DNA of 60,334 nt from Parasitella parasitica NRRL 2501 (taxonomy: Eukaryota; Fungi; Mucoromycota). Made by a program: the position numbers and the translations under genes. Positions 13,447-27,191 of the stretch are shown here, piece after piece. The stretch lies in contig MU619401.1 in assembly GCA_025201805.1 (NCBI GenBank), forward strand, positions 1 to 60,334, read 5' to 3'. The stretch's first letter is position 1, and the number at the start of each line of letters is the position of its first letter. Below the pieces are notes generated by a model. It was not told the origin of the DNA. It was given only the letters and a program-made list of their open reading frames with translations, and made no database searches.

Positions 13447-13719
13447 GCACACCACATAATACTGCTGCGCAACGTTTTTTTTTTATACATGGCCCCATAC
13501 AGCCAAATAATCATAATATTTAACCACGTAATGCCGAGTAAACACACAACCAAAATGATAAATTACCTCTTCCTCTTCTTCTTTTTCCACGCCAGTCTCT
13601 ATTTGAGGCACTGATCTTTGCGTGTTTGCAGCGTCTTGAAGGTCAGGGAGCTGATATTCTTTGTAAATAGGGAGAGGGTGTTTTGGAGAGAGCTTTTTTA
13701 CTCTGAAGCGAGACACCAT
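11330..13719 (-). CDS. EPL1: Enhancer of polycomb-like protein (NuA4 subunit), multi-exon, with C-terminal polyQ
   Basis: MVSRFRVKKLSPKHPLPI, IETGVEKEEEEE, YYMDEKDE, DPYVCFRRRETK, GRNGRLYIDR. A small terminal exon is inferred at 11330-11376. Confidence 0.92.
11778..11891 (-). repeat. CAG/CAA trinucleotide tract encoding ~38 Gln in EPL1
   Basis: (TGC)n(TGT)n(TGC)n on the + strand. Confidence 0.95.
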
Positions 13720-13864
13720 CTTGTTTGCAAAGAGTTTGTTGTCGAAAATTAGTCTTTTTGGGTGTTTTAGACAAGAGAACTAACTTACTTTTGTTTGAAT
13801 TTAAGTTTGTTGAGATATAGAGAGACTTTTTAGATATCTTTTAGATTATTTCTTGTCGAGTAGG

Positions 13865-13933
<69 letters not shown>

Positions 13934-16900
13934 NNNNNNNNNNCCTTCTCGCAAATTTCCTCCTAATCGAGTTTATTATAAACGAATCAAATGCGACAAC
14001 GTCATCAGGAATATCCGGGCTTTCAAGAAGAAACATCTCCAATCCTGTACTGTGGTGGATGCCAGGAGAATACGCATGCAACATTATCATCATCATGACC
14101 TCTATCCAAAATAGCTTGATATTTATATTTAATCAAGGCTTATCCCGTCGATTTTAAAGATATCTACAACTACGACATTTAATCTGCCATCAATATTCAA
14201 ACTTGTGGCCCAGACAGGTGAGTTAGATCTATATCTGTTAGGTGAAATGTCGATCGAGTATGGTCGACTGGTAGTCCGGATCCTGTTTCAAGAACGTACA
14301 TTAAATAGAGCAGACAACTGCGATAGTATCTGCTGTATCAGCAGAAATGTAGGGGTATTTGGACCGTACGCAATAGACCTTGGATATCTTGTCGTTGATT
14401 GTATGATTGCAATGATACAATCTAATTCTCTCCTGTTCGACTATCTCCATGGTTTGCTTGGCATTAAATTTCTCAAGTCAGCTTCCATAATCTTAAACTT
14501 CGTTATATTCGACGGGGTAATTGAAGGCTAGGCTGGAGTATAGCAAGATGTTTAGAACTTCAGTTTATCCTCAATCAAAGATGCAATGCGAAATAGTGCT
14601 CATTACGTTGTGTGTTTTTCTTAAAAAAGCATGCAGGAATTCCAAAGAAAATTTACATGTCAAGGTAGGATGCTGAATGCAAACTAATCATTTTACGTTT
14701 TAATGGCCAAGAAAGTTTGCAAAATGGATGAAGGATGATGATTCTATTGAGTGTGTCGGCTCAAAGAAAAATTTCTGCAATTTCTTTACTGAATTTGTCT
14801 GTGCAGAGACCATCTCGAAATCGGCCTGTGTTACTACAGTAACTAGTGATAAACCAAAAAAATAATGTTGCACCCATCTATTTATAAAATCTAACCATGC
14901 TTTATAATGAATACATGGCCATGAAGGCAAAGAAATCTGTATGTCTTTGGATTGCTTTTTAGCATGGTGCCAAGGCAGACATTGATTCTGGCCATATTGT
15001 ACAAGGTACACAGAAAAACATTATGGTTTCTATTTCAAAGGCTCAACTTCTCTATACATATAACATGCCAAAATTCTAAATGCTTACAAGTCAAAGCAAA
15101 TTGCTTTGAAAAGGTTTCTTTTTAAATCGTTTTGAGATGAGGAGCGTTATTATAGCAATAAAATATGAGAGCATGGCTGTCGGCTACATCAACCTTTCTG
15201 GATTCCCAGAAGTTTTTCGAATTAAAAAAAAATAAATCCATAAATGCATAGAGCAATCAGGTACGGAATTGCCTATTTTACTATTATTGTGAGCTAGTTA
15301 ATATCCAAGCCATATCATACAAGACATGAAAAATGATAAATGATTTCGTGTAAACACAAGCACACATGTATATAATGTATATTTAAATAGATAGATGGGT
15401 GGATATGTACGTACACACAATACATTACTTTTGCATCAAATGATATTAGAACCTATTCTAAAACGAATATATTATTATGTGTGAAATTACATTGCATGTG
15501 TTTGTACCATTGCAGGGAGGCTCAATCATTACTGCATTTGGATTCGGCAATAACAAAAAAAATCAGGTCCTGAAACTCCATTTCCTATATATGGTCATTA
15601 CCATTGGATGGCTTACACACCCTAGTAAAAATGTAAAAACATACTCTACAGTCAATGATCGAAGCTATTGTCAATCATGAAACATTCAACAAAGGTTGCC
15701 AAATTTTATCAATATATCTGCAAGAAATAGCATGGCGCCATTATCGATCATAAACATTTTCTTTTGTCATACAAAACCAAATAATTGTGCTTCGCGAAAA
15801 ACAACAAAATTTAATATGATGTAAATGCAATAAACATCCTTTGTATTTATATTATCTAATTATAATAAAGAATGAGCATACACTGAACATATAATAAAAG
15901 CTGTAATTAGTAGACATCAAGGGCATTTTCTTTCAATAATGCAACCTAGAAAACAGCTTGCGGGAGCTATCATTGCAAGCTTAACGTTAAGCAAGCTTCC
16001 ATTTTGTCTCATTTATGTAAAGAAAGAAAGAGCGCAAAAGGGATGAAATTCTTTAAACCCTTGTTTTTAAATGCAACAACATCTTGACATAAAGAAGCTC
16101 TGGTAAATGCAGATTGATTAGTTGATATTTTATACGTGGAAAACTCTGTGATGTTTATTTTAAAAGATAACCTTTAAGTTGCCATTTACAGAGAAAAAGA
16201 TAATAAAAAGCCTAGTGATTTACATACATTATTGCATTGTCCAATATAAAATTCGGAAAGACGATCCGGCCATAAAGAGGCGGTATTCATGTAGAAGAGT
16301 ATGTTGATTGAGTGCTTGTTGGGATAACACGGCGCGCTGGAGAAGGTCCTAACTAAACTAGTAGACGCATCACAAAAAAAGAAAGAAGGTATTTGTGCCA
16401 ACAACAATAGCAATGCAAAGGTGATATCAAGATTATGTTGTAAATTCAATCAGCCTTGGATGTTTAGAGCAACTACCAAATGTATGCTATAAGAAAGCAT
16501 TTCCAATTTTGGAACAGGATATTCTCTGTGTAATATGAAGGACGTTTGTTTTCACAACATTTTTAAAATAGATACTCCTCAATAACACAGAAGTTGCTTT
16601 CCAATGGGCTCTTTAAGTTTATTTATATACTAAATATCGCAAGTATGTGATATATGATATATGATATATATATAATTATAGAAATACCTAGATTCGCATG
16701 AATTGTACATGTATCATATCCAAGATGAGGGTTGCTTTTTTTTGGTGTTCAATACATTCTGTTCTCCGCAATATTTACACGGGCAATGTTGTTATTTATA
16801 CTATCCAGGTTGGTGTTGAAGAACAATAACATGGAAGCTGAATTATACATTTGCCCTTTTACAAGACACAGAAAACAAATATTAGCTCTGCATACATAAT

Positions 16901-17234
16901 AAAAAAATAGACTAATTTAAGAATAACCATTGTCTGAAGGGTGCGATAAACAGTAAAATGGGTCAAAGCATCGAGATTTTGCTCCACGTGAGAAATCCAA
17001 GATACCGATTGTAATGCTATTGCCTTTCCTTTTATGACATAGCAGCAATCAAGGGACTCCGCAATGGTAATAAATACCAACCCTCTTTGCAGCCATCTTC
17101 TACTTCTTTCTTCAACTCTCTTATACCCAAAATAATATAAATAGCCTCCCTATTTTTTTTGTATCAAATTCATTATTTCATAGCAAACCTCTTCTTTTCT
17201 ATATATATATTTATCGATAAACCATCTTTCCAGC

Positions 17235-18773
17235 ATGCCTTTAACACTGCCTTTGTTTCATTCCATGCAACACCAGCAAGACTTCTTTTGTCTTTCACCT
17301 ACTGATTCTGCAATGACCGAGAGCGATTTCTTCAAAATACGCCCCTACTACAATCATAAGAAACACACGCCTGTTCCCTCCAAAAGCCGCAGAGGGATGA
17401 GGCCTTTGCGATCTTCAACTCTATCCACAGCAGCACAAAAGAACAGAAAATTACGCTACTACAGCTCCCTCCCCGCTTCCAAACCTGCGGCAGTCAACAG
17501 TCTTCACTATTTAAATGGCACGATTACTGAAATAGGCACCAAGAAAGGTAAGAAAACGAGAAACAGACCTACTACTGCAGTTTCTAACAAATGCAGCAGA
17601 TCTCATTAGTTTACTGCCATATGAGATCGCTTCCCAAATCATTTCGCATCTCGACGTGGTCAGCTTATGCAGTCTTGCTACTGTATCTCGTTCTTGGTTC
17701 TCTATTTCTCGATCGAATGACATCTGGAGAAGACTTGCATCTCGTTGGAGTCTCAATATACCGCAGCACATTTATCCTCATCAACTAGATTGGTATCAGC
17801 TCTACAAACAACGCCATATCTTGGATAGCCGATGGAATAACGGTCATGTCGCAACACACTATTTGATAGGCCATATTGACAGTGTTTACTGCTTGCAGTT
17901 TGATAAACAAAAGATCATTACTGGCAGTCGCGACAGAACAATCAAGTTTTGGGACCTCAGTACCTACCAATGTATGCAAACTTTGACTGGACACGAAGGC
18001 AGTGTCCTCTGTTTAAGTTACAACGAGCACATTATGGTGTCTGGCTCTTCCGACACGACGCTCATTGTCTGGAACATGAAAACTTTCCAGCCTATTATGC
18101 GTCTTCGTGGGCATTCCGCTGGTGTACTTGATGTTTGCTTTGATGATCGCTTTATCATCAGCTGTTCCAAAGACAAAACCATCCGCATCTGGGATATCAA
18201 TACTGGACGTCTTTTAAGATCCATTCTTGCTCATCGTGGCCCTGTTAATGCTATCCAACTTGAAGGCAACAAGCTGGTATCTGCTTCTGGTGATGCTCTA
18301 ATCAAAATGTGGGATATCACCACCGGCGAATGTCTTCGTAAATATGCTGGCCATACTCGTGGGCTAGCCTGTGTCCGCTACGATGGAACAAAAATCGTAA
18401 GTGGATCCAATGACAAGACCATCAAAGTATGGGATGCAGAGGTAAATATGAAAACGGTCTATGGCAACGATGCGCAAGTGTCTAATGCAATATATTACTA
18501 TAGTCTGGAAATTGCTTAATGAGCTGCGAAGGACATACTGATCTCGTACGAACATTGAGTTTTGACAAGGACCGCATTGTCAGTGCCAGCTACGACCAAA
18601 GCATTCGTGTATGGGACATCAAGACTGGCGCCTGCTTACTGAACTTTCAAAGTGGCCACACCAGTTGGGTATTTGATGTTCATTTTGATTCCACTAGGAT
18701 TGTTAGTGCTAGTCAAGATCAAAGAGTACTTGTAATGGATTTTACCACAGGCTTAGATACCCAATTCTTTTAA
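17235..18773 (+). CDS. F-box/WD40 SCF substrate adaptor, beta-TrCP/FWD-1/Pof11-like; 3 exons
   Basis: F-box LLPYEIASQIISHLD..L..VSRSW after the intron at ~17548-17609. WD40 repeats begin GHIDSVYCLQFDKQKIITGSRDRTIKFWD. Second intron at ~18442-18503. Confidence 0.9.
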
Positions 18774-20014
18774 TATTATTACACACTATTCCCTTCTCAA
18801 CACTCATCACATGTAAATTTTATCTATCAAAACTTCTCTCGTTTATATCCAATCCAACAAGTTCAATTGCTATTTTTTTTTGTAAATACAGTAAATCGTT
18901 TTGCGTTCTCCATTTTTATGTGGTTTCATTACTAGTGCTGCATTTAGCCATCTTCCAATATATGGTTGCCAAGATTACCGTGGCTTCCTATTTGTGTATC
19001 TTCCACTTTTCGTTGCTTGGATCCATGATGAACTAGCCTTTTCTTAATTTCTGTGCTTGATTCAGTTTTCCAAGCTCCATCTCCCAATTTCTTTTTTGTA
19101 GACCATTTTGATTGTTCTTGTACTGATTTATTGCAAAAAGATGTATATAACTTGGATATGCATGTCAATGACCATTAAACAAATAGGCATGTAAGCATCG
19201 CCTCCTTTCCCTGGGTTATATTTCCTTTGTTGACGGTGTGATTGATTGTTCAACTAATCGTAAGTATTGTTATGCAGTTCAAACATGGAGATTACTTGAC
19301 CTGCAGTGTTGATCAATATGTTTTGTATCCCATTAATTTTTTATTACGCAGAAACGGCAAAAAAAAAAAAAAAATACTGACAATGCTTTCGTATCCACCA
19401 CGGCTTTTTTACACATCGAGAACTTCAACCATTTCCTCTCGTGGCAGATTATACACAATGGTTGGTAAGGATTCATATTCGATTTCTTGTAAAGAGTATC
19501 CTTGTGTGGCCAATTAAACACATCTTTGTTGTAAAACCGCTTTTTCCACAAATAACCGAGACCCCTTTTTAACATTTACTAGTAGCGAATTCTATGTTGT
19601 CAAGCCAGACGCAATCAGAAAAAGCCCTTCAACCGATATACTCTCCATATAATATCGCATATAAGCATGGAAAAGCAAGTCTCGAGCAACAACAATGATT
19701 GATTTCTTCAATTGATTGGCCTTGATCGCACATGACCCCATAAAATAAAGGGATTTTCTGATACGGTCTTCATAAACGAGACGCTTGTTTCACATTGGTA
19801 TTTTGTCTCATTTTCTTTATTCCTCTTTTTTTTTGTTCTTCTTTCTTTCTTTTTGTTGTAACTACTTTTTTTTTTTTTTTTTTTTTTTTTTNNNNNNNNN
19901 NAATATCTACATAAACATTTAAGCAGCCTTGTGTTTACTTGTTTTAATAATAGCCATCTAAGAGCAGATTTATTGAACGCATAAATCAATTAGCAACCGA
20001 AATAATTGGACCAG

Positions 20015-20085
20015 ATGTTTGATAATTTGACAGCGCCACCATTGCCATCGACGCAACCCTCCACATTGCCACCGTCGTCAGCAAG

Positions 20086-20123
<38 letters not shown>

Positions 20124-22146
20124 CAGACATATATGCCATCTTGTCTTCTGAAGATCCGCCAGTCCATATTGGCGACGAAGATATTGACGCTGACGCTTTC
20201 GTGATGAACATGTTTGACACTCCCTTTCTGGATATCAAACACCCATTAACGTCAGCGGATTCAATTACTACTCACCAGCCTTTCTCTGCCCCACCTACTG
20301 TCGTTGATAATTCGACAAAGCAATTCAATTTTGATCAAGGTGAGAAAATAAACATAATTTATTTTCCCATCCCATGGATACTAACTTGATACCACTTCAG
20401 ATTTTTTAAACTTGAATTTGGCCAGATCACAACCACCGCAACTTCAAGCGCAAAATCAGCCTCAGTATACCCCTTCATCTGATATCAATATTGATCCTAT
20501 GTTTTCCTTGAACTACCAAACAGAGGAGGATCCTGTTTTTTCTGCGTTTTCCAATAACGGCATTGAGTTTACTAGACGCCACTCAGTCGCTGTGAGCGGC
20601 GGTATTGCTGACTTCAACCTTCGCAATCTATCACAAAGTATCGACTATTATCAGCAACAACAACAGCAACAACAGCCAAGATTTGCGGCCAATCCGTCTC
20701 ATTCACAGCATCAATTTAATAAACAACCACCATCCAATTTTGCAAAAAGAACACACCAGCAACTAGCTACTGTCGTCGAAGGAGAATCATCTACTGCTGC
20801 TCATCCCAACATGACACACAGAGCTTCCATGCCCAACATCTTTCTATCTGAAGAATCTCGGCGTAATCTAACCACCAGTATCCAGCAAAGAGTCGAATCG
20901 CTCTCGAATAAAACAACACCGGCCAACACACCGCCTACAATGCCAATCACTTTCAACCAAATGCCTTGGTCGACACCCAATAACAGCAATTCTGCTGAAA
21001 GCAGAAGCAATACAAATTCCCCTAGTCAGCAATCTGCTTTAACGGCAACGTCTACAGACAGTGACCCTGTTTTTGGTCGCAAAAGGTTTTACTCACAGCA
21101 GTTTGATTCTTTCCCCTCCACTACTGCTTTCGCTACAATGAATATTCCTTTCCATGCAGTGCCTACTTTTCATCAGCACATCAGACCACAGCCACAGCCA
21201 CAGCCACAGCCATTGCAGCCGTATCAACAAGTAAGCAGTAATGTGTGTCCATTGCCCATGTCTGGAATTATGAGTAGACGGGCTAGTGTAGCAACTCCAA
21301 ATGACATATCTACTTGGAATCGGATGATTAATTCCAGCAATCGAATTATAGCAGATGAGCAGCATGAGAGAAAACGCCAAAAGCAAGCTCCCATGGCCAA
21401 TAACGATCTTTTTTTGCAAGGGCAAATTCCTCGACAACAAAAGCAACAACAACAACAAATCCCTGAGGCTGCGGTAAAGCAAGAAGGATTCAGTGTTAAA
21501 TCAGAAACTGCATCGTCAAGTGATAGTGTAGCTACAGCCGAGGAAAACACACCCAAGACAGAAGAGGAAGATTATCCGGTTATCACAGAGGCAGATTTAG
21601 AAGCAGCTAAAAAAGATACAACCGCCATTCCTCGTCGACAAAAATTACGCTATCCAGGCGATCAATATACCCCTAAATGGGTTCGATATACAGGTCAATT
21701 GAAAGAAGGCTACTGTGACACCTGCAAACCCGGAAAATGGCTGCAGTTGAAAAACAGTGCGTTCTGGTACCACAAGCAATTTTTCCATGGCATTTCTTCT
21801 GTTTCTGGGAAGCCATTTCAAATGCCTCTGGAACAAAGAGCGGTCGAACAAGACGTAGTTGAAGGCCTATGCCATCAATGTAAACAGTTTGTTCCCATCT
21901 GTAATTCTAAGCGCAAAAATAGTGTACTCTGGTACAGACATGCACACAAGGTAATGTGAAATCATCTTTTCCGTGAGTAATTTTCACTCATTTTATTATT
22001 ATCATTCATCACTGTAGTGCCATATTTATGATAAACCTAAACCAAAAAGTGGAAAGAGAGCCTCAATTTCTGCCGACCCTTCTAATACTACTAATACTAA
22101 TACTAAAGAATTTAATACAACTGATCAATTGCAAAAAATTTATTAA
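20015..22146 (+). CDS. Q/S-rich transcription regulator with C-terminal Rua1/Meu26-type (DUF4451) Cys/His domain; start uncertain
   Basis: PRRQKLRYPGDQYTPKWVRYTGQLKEGYCDTC..WLQLKNSAFWYHKQFFHGISS..GLCHQC..WYRHAHKCH. Introns at ~20340-20400 and 21951-22017. Confidence 0.8.
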
Positions 22147-22513
22147 TCAATAATGTACAAATAGCAATAAAGATTGAAACCATGCATAGTTGGAGTATCA
22201 CAATGTAATAGTATTTGTCAAAAGATGTAAAAATAATCACAATCCTGACATTAAAACCCTAATCCTAATCCTAACCCTAATCTCGATCCTAATCTTGATA
22301 CTGCCATCAACTTCATGCATCTCCATCTTACCATCCTCAACGAACTGCAAATTTTTTTTGTATATAGTTTGGTTTATCTCGGACCACATCTGAACCAATC
22401 AACTTTACCATGAAGTCTGCGGATAAACTGTGGATGACTCACAACGAAGAGGTATAAAACCGAAAATTCAGTATAGACAGGGTTTGTTCGTCTATAAAAA
22501 ACGCCAATCTAGA

Positions 22514-22610
22514 ATGACACTTCCACAATACTATGCACGTGAGGCTACTGCCAATGACTTGAAATTTGCCGAACAAGCAACTGACGTTCTAAATGCTGCC
22601 TATCATACTG

Positions 22611-22691
<81 letters not shown>

Positions 22692-23209
22692 CTTACTACA
22701 TCTGGCTATTGATAATGAGTTACATCTTAACTTGTTCATTAGATGGCTGGACGACAGAGGCTAAAATTGTGGATGGTCAATTCACATTGGAAGATACTCA
22801 GAAATACATACAACACTCACACAAAGGTGAATTCATACAATCACTTGTCTTTGAACGTGATTCAGAAGGCAGGGATTTACGAGTTGTTGGCTCGCTCCTG
22901 GTCGTACCTTTTCCAGATCTTGAAGAAAAGCCTACGCCCGGCGAAGCAATGATCACTAGATTTTCCATTAGTCCAGCTCACCAATCCAAAGGACTTGGTA
23001 GTTTGTTGATTAAATCTTCTTTAGAGACCATGAAATCAGCCGGTTATGAGCGATGTTCTTTACGAGTATTTGAAAATAGACATGAAATTCTTGAATGGTA
23101 TGCTAAATTAGGGTTCAAGGATACCTCAGAGCGCCGTAATTTTAAGGCACCTCATGGAAAGAAACTGCTTTCAGACACTAAATTTGTCATCATGAAGAAA
23201 GATATCTAG
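22514..23209 (+). CDS. GNAT-family acetyltransferase; intron 22614-22742
   Basis: NAAY..GWTTEA after splicing, acetyl-CoA motif HQSKGLGSLL, and WYAKLGF. Confidence 0.88.
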
Positions 23210-26200
23210 TAATGCGGAATAAAACTTTCAGCTTCTTTCTTTCATAATGCAATTAAGCAATCTCACACAAGGGCGGTCCCTTTTTCGAAATAATGTGCTT
23301 TTCTATAAACCCCAAAATTATAGAACCTTTCAATCATTGTTTTGTTCACTTATGGACATCCTTCGATTCCTGTAAGCCTGATGTTATCAAATATCTGACA
23401 AAGCGCCGGGATCGACAATGCGAGATGAACAAAGAATCTGCCCAACAAATTTTCCCCTAAAGCAAATATTTACCGTGCTATGTAGTTTGACCCAATAATC
23501 AATGTACCTACAACTGCAGCATTGCTTCTTTGTGCATCGTATTCAAACTTGGATAACTGAATTGAGATTACCAACGGTGCTTTGTTTACTTTCATATTAG
23601 TTGTGTCAAGTGAAATTGCTCAGAAATTACAGGTACTCAAAAATGTTGCAACTAACATGAAATTAAAGAATCGCACGATAGGCAGGAATTTCTATAGAGT
23701 TCAATGGTTGCTTGTAGATCCTTTATATCCTCATATTAACAATTGTTGTATAAACATGCAGTTTCTTTCTGCCCTGAGCCGGAAATTGTGAGACTAACCT
23801 ATGTTATGGTTAACATTGTTCTCTGTGCATAAAATAAGGATAACTTTTTGTATCCAAGTCTTAATAGCAATTCATTTACCTGTACTTAAAATTAGTATAT
23901 ATGAAAAAATACAGAAAATGTGCATTATTGATTGTCCAAATGACAAAACTACGTAATATGCATGAAGAAATTTAACTGCGTTGTAATTAGAGTATTTCTG
24001 GACGAATAACAGATGTTTGGCTTACCTTTTTTAGACAAATAAAGAATAAAATTTAGAAGGTGATATTAGTTTTTAAACAAAAGAAACATAAATTTCAGAG
24101 GCTTACCCGTAAAGTAGCCAAACTACAAAAGTTGTGTGGATGTGGTCATCTAAATCCACTAGGTAAGTTGTTTTTGTTACAGCAATGACTGTGGCGATGT
24201 GATGGTGATGGTGGTGGTGCGTTGAAAAGGTGCCAGTCTTTCTCGCCCTGCCATATGCTGATAGAGATTATCGTCTATGGAGGCATTAATATCTTTTTGA
24301 CAAAGAGTATGGCAAGAAGAACAGGCAAGGCTGATATCAAGATTAGAGTTTGGTATTTACTGTATACTTTGGGTCTTTGTTAAACATTCCACTTCCAAAT
24401 TCTATCAGAGAAATCTTTGCCTCGTCTTCTTTGTGTTTGACGGACCTCTATTTGTTCAGTTTTTCTCCAAAAAAAAATCTAATTAATAACTTTTTGAATA
24501 TATTCAAGCAGAAAATAGTTATATTGACTATGATTTTTTGCGCTTTGCGCCTTCCTCAATAAATTTGGAAGCGTTATTTTGCAGTATTGGAGTTGCCAAA
24601 CTTGAAGAAAGTATTTATGTAGTCAAACGAATATTGAACATGGTTCCAGATTTGATGTCTTGGCTGTGGGAAAGAAAAACAATTTATGTTCTTGGGATTT
24701 CATAAATTTCTATACAGATAATTTTTTATGATTGAGCATGTTATCCTGGTGGCAGAGTGTTCCCTTTTCTCTAGCACTTTCTTATACTATACCTTCAGTT
24801 GATCTGGCGTCTTCTAGTGTAGAAGGTCTTGTCGGACTAGGACCAAGCTGGATCCTCTATTTCTATTTGCACAGTAGAACAGCTAGTCAAACCTGTACCG
24901 TCTGTTCCATTATATTGGAATGGTTCAAATGTGTTTGTCTTTGCAAAGCCTGCGTAGATTTTAGGCGCTTGATTTTTTTTTTTAAGTCTGCGCGAACTTC
25001 AGTGTGTTATTGCCAGAAAAAAAAAACCATTAAGAAATCAATGTTTAGCGATTTCAAACACAAAAAAAAAAGCAATGCAGCAATGAGTTAGACTATAAAG
25101 CACCTTCTGACTACATATTTGCATTGCTTGGAGCAAGTTTTGCACATTTTAAGCTGACATCAGATGAAGGTAGCGACTTTTCAGACTTTTCTCGGAAAAG
25201 TATTTTTCAAAGTTGGAGCGTGAGACCGTCAGGCTAGATACAGACATGCAAGCGCTCTTATTAGAAAGTCAAAAAGCACACCATTCAAATAAATTAAATT
25301 TCAATTCTTTTCTTCTGAACTGGTGAAGACATGGCCTCTCAAAAATAATGCTTTCTTCAACAAAACACCATTTTCCTTGGATAGCGGAGATTAAACGCGT
25401 CCAAAATCAGGAAGGAAAGATTCTTTCAGAAACTCCATTTGGACATTTCGAAACCAAATTACTCCTTTGAGGCAAGATATCATCCTGTGATACTATGCAT
25501 ACCTCGGCTGTCAGTCTATGATAATAGCTGTATTTTTGGGCGCTCTACACGCTGGTATTATTTCATAATTCCCGTATGCTTATGGAAAGAATTCTGCCGA
25601 AAACCCTCGAAAACAGATTAAGAGGAAAAAATCAACATTTTGATTAATCAAAGCGCATTGCCAATCTTTCAGATCATGGAATGGTCTTTTACGATCATTT
25701 TCCTCCGCCATATATCATAGTAAAAAGTTGCATTTTTGAGGTCAAAATCGAGAATAATGCAAAATCGATGATTTTGGATGCGTGGATACAAGGAAAAAAT
25801 CGAAAAAATCCGTCATTTTGCATCGAAAAAAAAATCATGCTCAAATTGCACCAAAATCATATATAATATAGTCCTTTCCCAATGGATACTATTTCTGGCG
25901 TTTTGAGAGCATTTTTGATTATAAAAATCAATCAAAAAATGGCATACAAAGCTAAAGTTTTTACTGTTAAGCTGTAAAAAACATCTATCTGGAGATGGTA
26001 TCACTTCAATATCAACTCTAGTGCATGACACAGCTCTATAAATAAAGTATTTTTGATGCCACAAGTATACCTTTCTTCATATTAATAAGATAAAACAGGT
26101 GTGGCCCATCGAGTTGGAAGCAGAAGAGGATAGTCAATGAATAATTTGCTGCAATAACCCATTATTATAAGTGAATAATTTAAATGTTGCTAATTGCTAG

Positions 26201-27191
26201 TGACAGAGAAGCCCTACTACCATTGTTGCTTATAATAATGCTTAATGTCAGTTCAAGAATCCTTTTTTTGTAGTTCTAATGCTAAACATGTAAAACAGAA
26301 AGTAAAATAGAGGTTAGGATTGAGATTGAGGGCACTTTTACTCATAAAAGTTATGCTTTATAATAAGCTTCTGGTAGATTCCAGGTTCCAGGCACTGTGC
26401 TGTAAAGTATTGAATTCTGAATAGGGGATAACTCGCTATACCAGGCGCATTTTCGTACATCAACCCGTCCTTTATAATGAGTCCCGACTGTATATTCCTT
26501 CCTTGATATTGAATATGCTGACTTACTCAACTGATGTAACATAAAATGACAATGTGAAGTTATAAAAATAGAGATTGTCATTTGCTTGAATGTGTTATGA
26601 CATATAATTAAAGGAGAAAACAGAATGAAATAGTTGGTTTAAACTTAGGTTCAGGGATTAACTGTCATTGTCAATGCATAATTTGATGGATGCGTTCAGC
26701 TAAATGCATTATTAGTATATGCAGTTTGATGGTTTCATAGTTTGATATATTTAAGTATTCAACATTAAATGTGAAGGAAGTCCTATCGGTATTATTAATT
26801 AATTAGAATTGATTATACAGCTTAAAAAATCGCTTTTTTTTAGTTGGACCATGCCCAATATCGAGTATTCCAAGCTATTTCGCCCGACTTTCGACATGAT
26901 TTACTCTGTTCAAAGAGCTTGTATTTCAAATCAAAATATATGACCTTTTATTCCATGCTTTGTTGCATATGCACATTTTTTTTTTTATATTTTTCTCTAA
27001 AGTTTCTATATATTTTTAATTAGTTTTTGAAAAAGGGATATACTTGATTTAACGCCAACTTTGCAAAAATCCAAAGACTTGAATGGGAATTGAAAAGACC
27101 AAACAAAGCATTTGAAAACTCTATTTCTTGTTGGATTGTGTTTATTTTGCTGTATTCTTCTACGATCTATGTAATCTATCTATAAATTTTT

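Noticed and set aside
13945-15010. Coding-like sequence upstream of EPL1 (similar stretches at 30400-31100 and 56160-57000)
   Set aside because: Only short interrupted frames with no family I can recognise; may be decayed gene or TE remnants.
22256-22295. CCCTAA/TCCTAA telomere-like run
   Set aside because: Short and degenerate; best explained as a microsatellite.
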